From: Takakia lepidozioides
Lineage: Eukaryota > Plantae > Bryophyta
Direction: 5' to 3'
Assembly: GCA_030704615.1 (NCBI GenBank)
Contig: CM060731.1
Coordinates: 14,012,001-14,076,000, forward strand
Length of the DNA stretch: 64,000 nucleotides
Part shown: positions 49,998-61,911 of the stretch, one piece after another
Position numbering within the stretch: position 1 is the first letter of the stretch
Layout: the number at the start of each line of letters is the position of its first letter
Made by a program: the position numbers and the translations under genes
Notes under the pieces: model-generated
Seen by the model: the letters and a program-made list of their open reading frames with translations, nothing else
Told to the model about the DNA's origin: nothing
Databases searched by the model: none

Positions 49998-52900
49998 GTG
50001 CTAAACCCTCTTTGGGAGTCATACTCAATTTCTCGATAACATCAAAGTTACAGTAATAACTTTTTCAGGCTGTCTTTCAGGAAAGCCAGCGGTGGATCTT
50101 CAGGAGATACAGTCATTTCTGGCGAGTCTGTTTTCGACAGCCCCCTTTCCAATTTTCTGCTCCCTGTTTATGCCGAAGCAATGGCACTTCACGCGTCCGA
50201 GTCCCTATCCCCTGACTTTTTAGTGGCCAGCCGTAGGTGTATCCAGCGTGGATCCGGTGTTCTAAAATACTTAGACTTAGATGCAGAGGAAGAGGGGATA
50301 CATTGTACTGACTCTGAGTCAGACTGAACGGTATTCTTTTAATATTCATTTTCATATTATCTGGAAACGTTGAATCCCCTTACTCTACCGTAGTTGTTCC
50401 TTTAGAACAAATAATAATCACAGAATCAACTTTCGTTTAAATTGCTATATGTATGAATCCATCTCACAAACCTTCCTGACTCTTCTCATATCCATTGTGC
50501 ATTCATCTACACTGTATTCATGCGTGCTCCATTCATGAAAGCTTCCTTTGTACAACATCCATTGTACATTCATCCTCTGTACATCCACCCCACAAACCTT
50601 CCACACTCATTTCATATACTTTGTGCATTCGTCAAAAGATTTGGTCATGCATCTTCCTGTCATGAATTTTTGTCATTGCTCAACATCCATTATACATTCA
50701 TCCATTTTACTCTTATCCATCCGTCATTCATCCATCTACATAGATTTTTCAAACTCATCCATATGTTTATCATCCAACTGTACATTCATCCATCATTTAT
50801 TCAATGCCTTTTATTATGTCGTCCAGCTTGTTTCCGCGGTAAAGGGTGCCAATCCGCGGGAATACACTCCACTTCTTTCTGGGTGCGTGGTGACTCGGCC
50901 TCCACGTGTGATGACGTGGACTGAGACCCGTGATGTGGCATTTGCGCAAGGTGACGTGGCGTGAGCGCAGTCGCGCTCACGCGCTCACGTGCTCACGTGA
51001 CCAGGCTCACGCCGAGGCATCCCTGGGAAGGCGGCTGGGCTATTGCTCCAAGCACGCTGAAGTGATGATACGGAGCTAGGATAGCCTAGGAGGTTGGTTT
51101 GTATGCTTATTTTCATTTGTCGCAGAATGAAGAGGGAGCGAGCTGTGGGAGAGTGAATACATGATTGAGGGTGGAGAGAGGGGAGGGAGTGTAGACCATT
51201 ATATTTGAGAGCGAGATGTTTGAGTAAACCCCTGAAGATGAGCCCTAGATGGCCGGGGTCGTTAAGGGCTTCTAGGAATTGTGTACCCAGTGAAAGAGTA
51301 TAATGAGTGAGGTGGAGCCTATTCCGTAGTTATCATCGTCGTAGCCTTGAGATCCAAACTTCACAAGAACTCATAAACCGAGTGCAAGAACCTCATCATG
51401 GGCCACAAGCAGACGTCACCAAGCCAAAGAACATACTTTTTCGTCTTCAACATCTCAATATCAAAAGTATGAAGAACCTCAAGAGTTTACAAAAGCACAG
51501 AGCTCCCATTCCCTAGGACTCCCCATGTGATGCTTCCAAGAGTTGTTTCAAATGCTAAGCTATCATGTAGATGGGAGTAGAGAAAACTCAACCAAGTAAC
51601 TCTGGTCCAAGATGTCACTCTCAAATAACCTCACCACGTCGTTGGGGGCGTAAGAGAAACAATGCTGGAAAATGCCCCAATAGGGCTACAAGTCCCGATC
51701 AGACTCCATGGAATACGCTACCTTCAATGGATTTGAAGAGTGAGCCCCGTTTCTTGAATTGTTACTCGAAAGACGCTTGAACGTCCTCATTGTATCCAAT
51801 AAGGGTAGGGTCACCACTATCAACTTGCCAAAGGGGAACATTATTCAAAACCAACACAATTTTCTACAGCCAGAGACGCCAACCACAACGACCGTCACGG
51901 AGGTCCAAGGAAAGGACACTCGCCACCATGTAAAAAGCCTCAACAAACTGGTCCAAAAATGCCCTAACAGCGAGCTTCAACCAGTCGTCAACCAAAAGGC
52001 TAAACACTTTCTTCAATCTGTTCTCGGAAGAGCGCATCTCCACTTCGATTTTCGTCTTGTTTGTGTTAATATATTCTCAATAATCCCATACATATCCATT
52101 TGACTGGCTTTGAACGCAGTCATGTCTTTCTCATGCTTCTCCTGGAGGCGTCGCTCAAGAGAAGCCATGGAATCCTTCATTTCCGAGATGGAATTGTAGT
52201 CACAATCCAACTCGACATAAGATGATGGTTGCGATGAAAATATCATATCCTTTCCTGGTCTAATTCTGATTTTGTTAGGTGGAATCTCGGAGAGCTCCCG
52301 TCTCACATCTAATGACTCCAAAGTCTCTACAGTCCCAATGTTTCTTTGACAACCTTGGCCAACTTGTATAGCTTGACTTGCAAACCAATGTCTTCATACT
52401 TTCGTTTTTTCTTTCCCTCCATAGTTAACGTAAAAGCTCTTCGAACCTGTTGGAAAAAAGAAAAATCTTAAAAATCTTAAAGGAAAAGCTTTCTATTTAC
52501 GTCACCTCTCACAGTGCCTTGTGCCTTGTATGAGAGCATCATGAGAGCATCAAACTCATATCGACTTCAAATACTTCTTGATCTCTATTTAATCAACACA
52601 ACAATGTTGAGACTAATTATGCAAGCTCCGAAACACAAAGAATGCAGTTGCGATTCGGATGTTGAAGATTGTACTACATTGTAGCACATGAAATGAAAAC
52701 TACACCTAACCTGTGAATTTACTCCTCTTACAGTGAAATCACCAATCGAATTCACCATAAACACGAAACTATTGAAGATAAACACACAAAAGAACACCGT
52801 GACCTAGTCAAATTAACGCTTCAACGACACTACACTACCAGTTTTTGTCCTCACCACCGAACAAGCAATGAAACCTAAAGTACACGCAAAACTCGTCTAA

Positions 52901-55211
52901 TCATCCTCCTCTCACACTATAATAAACTCTCGCTCTGCAACTTCTCCGCATATTCTACCTGACATTTCAAGAAGCGCTAAAAGATAGCGCAATTCGGTTG
53001 AATCCTATACAAGCAATAAAAAACTACATTTCATTTGTTCTGTTTAGTGTTGCATAATGTGCTAGCTGTTGGAATATTGCTTTATATTTGTCATCTCATC
53101 TTTAGATTGATGAATCACATGAGAAAAATTTGGATCGGCTCCTTCAACAAATCATTTCAAAAGTTCCATGTATACATAATTCCCTTGGAGGCTGCAAAAC
53201 CCCACCACCAACCATAAAGTTGTCAATGCTGACAAAGCACAAAAGAAAATTTATTGATAGTGATGAATACGACGATGATGTTGCCCCCGAACAAATGAAG
53301 ATGACAACTCTTCGTTCTTTCAAATTTTTGCATGTATGATTTGCCCATGTTGCAATTGATTGTGCACAAGTATTGAGATGCATGATTTCATTGCAAAAAC
53401 CAAATTGAGTACTAATGCCAATTGTTGCTCCTGGGGACGTGGAAGCATGGGGGACTCAAAATATATGAACACATGAAGGTATGGGTAGTGCTCATTCTTC
53501 TGCATTTGTCGACCTCTACTTGGATGAGTTCTTTGGAATTTTCTCAACAATATTGAAATTAGCTGATTGCAAAAATTCTTTCTACTGCAGAAAACAATGC
53601 TAGTGCCCACACCAACGGAGCCCTTTCACCCTCGTCCATTTGGTGGAATAACCTTGTTTTGCGTAGACGACATTCCTTTGGAGGATCATGGAGAGAAACA
53701 ATTTCGTACCCGTTTGAATGCACTTGGTTTTTGGAAGATTGGATCCGATCAAGCGCTTCCACCACCAAGATCCCAATGTTATCCATGGCATTGTGTCGGC
53801 GATGAAGAAGGATTTTGGTGATGAGTGGTCTGTGAGATATGTAGAAAAATGTATATCTAGTATATTACGATGCCACCGCTACTACCTCCGACACAAATTG
53901 GTCCAAAAACCAAGAAATGTGTCGGAAAAATTGTGGCTATCGATTCACTAGCTAGGCAACTTATCCTAAGGAATGCTATATTGAGCACATGGGTCAAGCT
54001 CGAGTTTATGAATTTGCTTCAAGATTTGTGAGTATAATATACTAATTTGTAAATTGATTTGACTTATGATCATTTACTGATTTGTGATAAATTTGTGCTT
54101 GATATTTATTATCTTAATATTTATATTGAGATAAGGCAGGAATATTGTCATGATTTAATTTTGGATGTAACCGTATGGTGTTAACGGCTGTGTGCAAAAC
54201 AATGAAGAAGTTGCCTTCTTCAACATTGATAATAACACATTATCGGACAATGAACTTAGAAGTAGGGGCATTGGGCTTAGAAGTAGGACATTACAACCCT
54301 CTGGCACAAGCATATTTTAAACACATGTAAATAATACGTTGCTTTGCGAAAGTGAAATGTATTTGTAGAGTACTTGCTCAAATTACTTGTCTTTGAGGAC
54401 CCTCATGACATATTGTGATTGGTTGAAATATTATTGAATATGACTAGAATTGTATTAGTAAATTATCAAAAGCCGATGTCACAAAATATATCAAGAATGT
54501 TATGCGTCACTATTTATATTCTACAGCTATACGATACCTTAATTTGACTCTTTTTTGGACAGTTTTTTGGACACTCTCATATCAGTAAGTAAGAACTGTA
54601 GATTTCTTTCCTAATATCAAAGTGTAAAAAAGATGTGGAAAGAGGTGTCAATAATATAAGGGTCCCAAATTCCTGGCAGGGGTTATTCCTGAAGGTCGAA
54701 AAAAAGGAGAGGATTGGAGCAGCCAATAGGGAGGGAGGGTACCTCTGTTGGAATGGGTGAAATGTGAGGCCAGGTAACTTCCAGTATAGAAGTGAGGGGG
54801 CCCTCCTTCTAGTTCTAGAACTTTCCAGAAGCAGCATGAGGAGGTGGGGATGAGGCAGTGGGCCCCTTCTAGAAGGCTCCACCCTTGAGAGGGTATATAA
54901 AGAGGGAAGGGCTCCATTTTACAGGTTTCTTTTGCCTTCACCTCACTTTGGTGGGCTCTGCAAGCAAGCCCCCATTAACAGAAGTAAATTTGGAACAAAA
55001 AGGGGTCTATTGTTACTAGTGTACTAGCAACTTGGTTGTCCATCCCTCTAGAAATATAGTCTACAGTCGAAAATCACGTTCGGAACTCTGTGTACATCAA
55101 GGGTTGGAGGGGGGTCATTTCTGTGTGGCTGGTTCCTGTCGTTGGTAAGTTGTAGATCTCAGTCTGCTCAACTCAGTCCTGTGTACAGTCCTGTCATCAG
55201 CCGATAGCTAA

Positions 55212-56686
55212 TTAGTACTGGTTGTAAGAATACTGGCTGTAGGAGGGCTGCCTGTCGTGGTTGTCGTGGATGTAGTCCGAAGTCAGCGTACCGTGCTGGC
55301 TGTGTGAAGGCTCACCGTTGTGATTGTTGTAGGACTGCTGGCCGTAGGAAGGCTGAGCACTGCGTTGGTTGTTGTAGGAAGGCTGCCTGTGTGAAGGCTG
55401 ACTGTATGGGTTGTTGTAGGTTTGCTGGCTGTGGGAAGGATGAATGTTGTTGTACGAATAAGGCTGGTTATTCGAAGACTGACTGTGAGAAGATTGGCTG
55501 GATTGGCTATGGCGCCCTTGCACCTTTTGGGTCGAGATCAGGTCAGAGCTTCTCTTGACGCGCTTCACGCGTCTGAGCAGCTTTTCGGGGGCCACATTCC
55601 CTGTGACTGTCACCCTCTGGTTCAACTGATCGCACTTCACCCCTTCTACCCCTGCAATTATCCAGCCGATCATCATGTCAATGCTCACTGTGAGGAAGAG
55701 AGATTACATAAGACCGGAAACAACCAGTACCAGGCGAATCCCTGTTTAATTGCTGCTAGTAATCCTCAGTCCCTCAAGATTTTCACTCATATGTACTGTT
55801 CTCTAATCGCAATGTGCATGCATGATCTTCCAACCTGCTTTTAGCTGAATTATCCCTCTTAAGAACATAGCTCTTCTGGATTTAATCTGATAATCATGGC
55901 CCTGGCTGACTTCCCTCGCGTCGATACTGAAGTCAAAGAGCTTCCCGGAGGCAAAGAGGAGGTTCACGTCGAATTACAGCCCGTCTGGGCCATGTAATAC
56001 TGAATTCTGGGTATAACGAATGCTGAGTAAACTGAGTAAACTGAACAGAATCGCTGCACAAAACTTGCTCCTTGTGACAATACGCGGGGGATTGACACGA
56101 GTGCTTAGAAAAACGAGATTAGCAAGCTCACCATCCATGTCAAATAGCGCTTCCGTCACTTTCTCTTCACATTTTGCACAGCACAAGTGCACCTTCAAAT
56201 CAACAGTCTGCGTGATGACGATACACCATGTCAGATGTCGGAAACAATCTTCATGAACAGAGCTCATGGATTGCGGTTAAACAGTAATCGCTGGCCCGCA
56301 TCCCACGTGATCATATACCTCATGACAGCTGAATGTATGAGTTGAGCACCGCTTCGGACTAAAGTGCAATCAAGCTTGTGCAGACAGGGAGAGTTATTAA
56401 GGGCGCATTTGAACTAGCGTATATACAGCGGATAGCTACAAGGATTGGCAAAAAGAAAGCGACTTCCAATTGTATGATATAAGTTCTGTTTCTCAACAAA
56501 TCCAATGTGTTGTGGGAAGAAATGGGGATAGGGAAACAGGCTTACCGGCACGGTGCGGCGGGTCTGGACGGCGTGCGGGACTTCAGGAGCTGGAAATTTG
56601 GAGGCATCCCGAGACCAAGCGGTGTAAGGGTCTGCCTCTCCGGAATGCAAATAAGGATTCACTGGATCTGGCCATGAGTTGCTCAT
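55212..56686 (-). CDS. Heavy-metal-associated (HMA) domain protein, HPP-type (no CaaX), with S/Q/N/Y/H-rich tail
   Basis: Exons 56686-56546, 56207-56132 (TVDLKVHLCCAKCEEKVTEALFDMD), 55651-55212 (GVEGVKCDQLNQRVTVTGNVAPEKLLRRVKR). Start codon inferred. Confidence 0.85.
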
Positions 56687-59102
56687 GATCACGGACGTGG
56701 TTTCATTGTCGCCATAGAAAAGCTGCCCGGTTCCGAACACCCAACCCCCAACATGATTATTGATAATCTCGAATATCAACTGCACTTCGACAAGCTCAAG
56801 ACGCTTGTGATTGGATTAACTAGTACGCCCCTGTATGAAGAGCTCTGACTGAAGCAAGCACAGACAGAAGTGCTGATGAAGTGGAAACCAAATACAGCTA
56901 ATTGAGCTCAAACAAATTGGACACCTGAACTATACTCCGAATCTGCGAATTCGCTGGAAGTGCATTTTAGCAAGACGTTCATACCAGTCCAGGAACTTAC
57001 TCTAACTATCTGCCACTTGAAATATATTTCTTAAGCTTGTTGTTAGTACAAAACACTGTATGAGAAGACATGTACCTCCCTCATGGACATCATCTTTCCT
57101 GAAGTGCGCGACTCGGATTAACGTGAAAGAGCTCAGTTAAGAACCGGCTGTCTACTAGCAGGCTAAGAGAAGAAGAGATAAAGGGGCGCAGCTACAACCA
57201 CAGATTATGCTAGTTCCCACCTGTACAGCTCCTCTAGAGCAAGAGCTCGAAACGAGAGAGCAAGCACAAAGCACTGAGATCTTGTGAATCCTGCGATGTG
57301 TTCCGAGGGTTTAAATCGCCTTCGGAGGCGAAGGAAGGCGAGGTACAGAGCGCAGCTGACAAACCCCCAAGTCCCAACGGGCGGAACCAGGCCGGCCTGG
57401 TATCATCGCATAAGATGCTAACGGATTCTGTCGAGGCACTACATCTACGTATAGGACCGTGAGAGTATAATACACCCTGAACTGTGTCGTAGACGTATGT
57501 AGCACGGTATGAGTGCCGACTTTGTGTATTTAATTTAATGGGTATGTATGTATTCCATATATTTGTGAACGTGCGTGCGAAATGTGTACACGTTAGTGGC
57601 GGCGTCTACTTTAACGTCCGTTAGTTTATGTTAGACGGAAACCGCTTTTCCTTCAGGCAACCAAACCAGATGAAGGAAAGTAACTACAATTATTGGTACT
57701 GGGGGGTGTGACAATTTATTTAAGGAATTCTATCCTCTTTCTCTCCGGAAAGTAGATAAAATAAGCCCAATGGTCGCAAGGGACACTGGTGCGAACATTT
57801 AAATGCACCTCTTATGGGACTATTCCACATAGTAGAGATAAAAAATAAGGGTCCCAAATTCTGGCAGGGGCTATTCCTCAGGGTCGAAAAAAGGAGACGA
57901 TAGAATGTGATGATTCATTCTTTACGTAAACCCTACGTCTCTATGACTTGCTCCTTGCTTTCAACCTCTTTCTACGTTTAATTATTTTAGTTATTTCATA
58001 CAAAATGTGTGCACTTTTTTTCCGAAGGAAATGGAGCCCTCTTACGTACTCAAATCAAGCAAGGAAACAATAACCTTGTACATCAGGCCCTACAAAGACT
58101 CAGAGGAGGACGAGGATCACCACGAAACACAACGAACAACCAAATTCCCACCAACAGATAGCCGACGAAGAAACTACATAATTCCTAGTAATAACAGGCA
58201 TATTAATGTATAGTATTTTCTGGATAAATTAACATAAGTGATACTGTTATGTCTTGTTGGGGTTGTCCCCACCAAAAGAGACACCCCACCTAAACCTCCA
58301 TTCAAGTTTCCGGTGGACCCGCACCATCTGCATATGCTGTACATCCCTATCCAAAGCTCTTGAACCCTTGGAGCCGTCCATGAATGAACCAAATTGTATT
58401 GACCTTCAATCCATTGGAGAATCGTAGCCATAGAGATCGATTCTTACTCCACTATATTCAACCATCAATAATTTGAAGCGTAAAATATGGGGAGGAGGGT
58501 CGGATCTGAGAGCAAAATGGTACCCTCATTTTCACGTTTTGGGTTCATGTAGGGTAATCCTAACCGTTAACTGGCGCTCATCCTCCCTGGGGTGTATACT
58601 TGGCTAGTCGCAATTCTTAGGGTATCCCAGTCCGTCTCTCTCCATCAACAATATTAGAACGTGAACTTGGGTGGCCAACCAAAGGGTTGCCATCGGAGGA
58701 CTGTTTACACTGACTGGTAGACCTGGTGGTCACTTAGCTCTTTTTGTTTTCCTTTCTCTTTTTTTTTTGGGAAAGGGAAGGAAGCCCTCGAGAGCTTTAT
58801 TGAAGATTATTGAAGGGAACAAAATTGAAACCCTTACGAGCCCCAAGGCTGCACAGGCCTAGACATGGAGAACCGCGACGGAGACACCAAAGGAACAGTA
58901 ACTAAGAGATGAAAGGCCACGAGTAAGACTAAAAATGTGGAAGTTGCCTCTTAAATTATGGCGTCGCTTGACCCCAAAGGTTGCCTACCTTCCGGTGGAA
59001 GTTGGGCACATGTTTTATGACATCTAACATGTTGTTTGAACTTTGAGCCCCCCAACCACTAAGTGAAACGATTTATGCCTTACCATTGGGGTGGGTTTGC
59101 AG

Positions 59103-59424
59103 CAGTGTTGGGCGATTTCTTAAACTTCTCTCTAATACCCGGCGGTTACCTGTCCGGTTAAATATGTATATGACTGAAAGAATGAAGTAACCGGTCCACT
59201 TTAGGAACCGGCTGAGGTCGCGCATTCAAATAATCTAGCAAAGAACCTTTTAAAGAACCGACCAATACCCAAGGTTATTTGAGGTTTTTGCAAGTAGCAG
59301 TAACCATAGGTTATATCTAGCCATACAAAATTTAATAACCCCAACCACAGGTTAATAGTTTCCTAAAATTTGAAGCAACCGGAACTGCCAGTTATGAAAA
59401 AAATCAAATAACCGCCCAACACTG
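59103..59424. mobile_element. hAT-like MITE
   Basis: 12-bp perfect TIR CAGTGTTGGGCG...CGCCCAACACTG and internal AACCG(G) motifs; 8-bp TSD not conserved. Confidence 0.55.
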
Positions 59425-60742
59425 GTCGTACAACATCGGTACGGAAAGCCAAGTCCGCATGAGGGTCACATCGGCCGACAATACACACGCACATATCATG
59501 TGCAGCTACACGGCTTGGAAAACAGCTAAGACTGATGGGAACTAAAAAGTAAAAATTTCAACCACCCAAAAGAGTTTCCAATCCACGAGGTACAGAAATA
59601 AGGAAGGTATCGATGGATTATTGTCGACCACTTGTTGGGCAAGCTCAGGCCGAGCATCTATTTCTCATTTATCGCCTACACCGAGAAGGGGAATGTGTAC
59701 ATCAAGTGATATGGAACCGGCCCATACCCGGAGCATGACAAGCTGGAATCCACAGTGGCAGAGGGACTCCACTTGTACTTTCAGCTTCACTTCATAATAT
59801 CCACTCAGAAATTCCAAAGAATCTACTTGGAATTTCGGTCCAGTAGAAGAACACACCTGAGATGGATTTGTACTTATATGAAAGTTTTTGAATTTTGAAT
59901 TCTTAAACGGCTTTCTTCAACGAGGATGGAAAAGAGTGCGCTGGCCTCTGCAGCGTGGGCTCCACACCACATGGCATCTCTGTCCTCCTTTGTCTCTTTC
60001 CCTTTCTTTTTCTTGTCAGCATGGCCAATCCACGTGATCGTCTCCCTCCTCGCTCCTCGCTCGTCCCCCACCGCCGCCATGGCATCGCGCTCTGCCATAA
60101 TCCAAGGCGGTTTTTACCCCGTGGGGGCCACACTCTCTTGTTTTGTATGATAGATATTAGAGCTCTATATAAGCGGGGCCTCTGGGCTTGCTATTCTATT
60201 CTGCTGTTTTGGAGTACCTTGTCCTGCCAGAGCTAGCTACATATTCTCTTGCTTGCCAGGTCCTGCTACTCTTCGTACTGCTCCTGTCCTGGTGAGCTCT
60301 TTGGGGACCTGTTCCTTCGGGACTGTTGAGCTCCAACCGAGTGAGGCCGTGTAAATTTGTGTGAGAGATCTAATAGCCTGATCCCACCTCGCTTGATTCG
60401 TCTCCGTTTATCGTGCTGTACTCTCGAACCGGGCGTCATCACAGCGTGAGATTAGCCGCTCATGCAGCAGCTGCTCCGTTGAGTAAATCTATCAGCTTTA
60501 GCGACCATGCTGTCCATGAGTGAGGTGAGCACGGACAGGCACCTAACCTCGGCCCTCCTTTTCCTACTGAGGTCCAAGTAAACTCGAGCGATTGATGCAT
60601 GTGCGAGCAAGCTTAATTTCCAGTTGGTATGTGTTGTGGAATCTGGGTGGTCAAGCTGTCGTCTTATTAAGTTTTCTGGGGAATCTGCTATACCCCTATC
60701 GGCAAAAATCGTCATTAAGCAAGCTGAGTACTGCATGTGCAG

Positions 60743-61911
60743 ATGTTCTATGGCGACCATGAGGAGTCCACCTACATGAGGAGCAGCTACGTGGTGAACT
60801 CTGAATTTTCCAGTGGGCCTCAGACGACCTACATGCTCCCAGTAGGCGCCTATTTTTCTCTCCAGTGTGTGTCATTGCGCAAGGATAGATTGCATCAGAG
60901 CCCGTCAGGTCTTTCCTGCCCCTAAATATCGCTAGACAAGATTAGCATTTAGACAATCATATTCAGCTTGATTGGCCTTGGTTTTGACGACAAACAATTG
61001 ATCATACTCTGGTTGGAAGTTGTAGATCATTCCCGATAGGATGCGTTTGCTCCAGCTAACTTGTCACGGCAGGGCATCCATTGTTGTGCAGGTTATTGAA
61101 TTGAAGGTACCCATGTGCTGCCCGAAATGTGAGGAGAAAGTGGAGGAAGCGCTGCTGGAAGTTGATGGTGAGTGATTCAAGTAGCTGATGGTCCGCCTTA
61201 ATAGGCAAATCTCTCGTTGTCGAGAGTGGGTTCCCTTTCGATGTATCACTCGATGATTTTATCTTACCGCAAGCATTACCTATATTCACTCTGTCCATGT
61301 AGCTATATATCCCTCTTTGTGATCCAGTATGTGATTGTATTGTGAAAATCGCCACGTGACGAACCCATGTCAAGCGAGGAACAAGACTTCTGGATTCATG
61401 ACCGCCGGGTGCTCGTTCATGCTTACGCTTTTGGTAGCTTATGTACAGTACTTGGTTCATAAGAGTTCTCAATGTTCAGCGATTCTATTGTCGACTAGTA
61501 AGTTACTTTAGCCCAAGCCAATTTCTGATGGATTTTTTGTGAACGTTGCATCACGCAGGGGTGTATGGCGTAGTGTGCGACCAGTTAACCCAGAAGGTGA
61601 TTGTCACCGGCAATGCGAACCCGGAGAAAGTCCTCAAGCGCGCAAAGCGCTTCAAGAAGCAATCTGATATCTGGACCCGAAGCAGCCATGACATGTACAG
61701 CTCTCGAATTGCATCGTCCCAAGGCCACGCTCACCCTCACTCAAATATCTCCTACCGGGGATCCACCTCTCACAGAAACTACTGCCCACCTTCCTTTAGT
61801 CAGAACCCATCTTATGGCGAAAGACCTTACAGCCAGTATAATACGGTCCCTTCCTACAGGGATTCATCCTATCCATCATACAATCAGTCATGGTGTGGCG
61901 ATAATTACTGA
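60743..61911 (+). CDS. HMA-domain protein, paralog of the gene at 55212-56686
   Basis: Exons 60743(or 60776)-60841, 61092-61167 (VIELKVPMCCPKCEEKVEEALLEVD), 61559-61911 (GVYGVVCDQLTQKVIVTGNANPEKVLKRAKR, S/Y-rich tail). Confidence 0.85.

Larger units (their letters stand above)
39689..51025. mobile_element. Mutator-like (MULE) DNA transposon, 11.3 kb, with two divergent genes
   Basis: 9-bp TSD GGAAGGCGG (39680-39688 and 51026-51034). Imperfect TIR CAACGACGCAATGGCGTGAGC / CAGGGATGCCTCGGCGTGAGC (15/21). Subterminal CGTGAGC and TGACGTGGC motif clusters. MULE-type transposase inside. Confidence 0.85.

Noticed and set aside
53560-54030. Possible CACTA-type accessory-protein remnant
   Set aside because: Only a vague resemblance in short broken ORFs; no termini or diagnostic motif.
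54655-54712. ~55-bp sequence repeated at ~57845-57896
   Set aside because: Short dispersed repeat fragment without TIR or TSD; no further structure could be supported.
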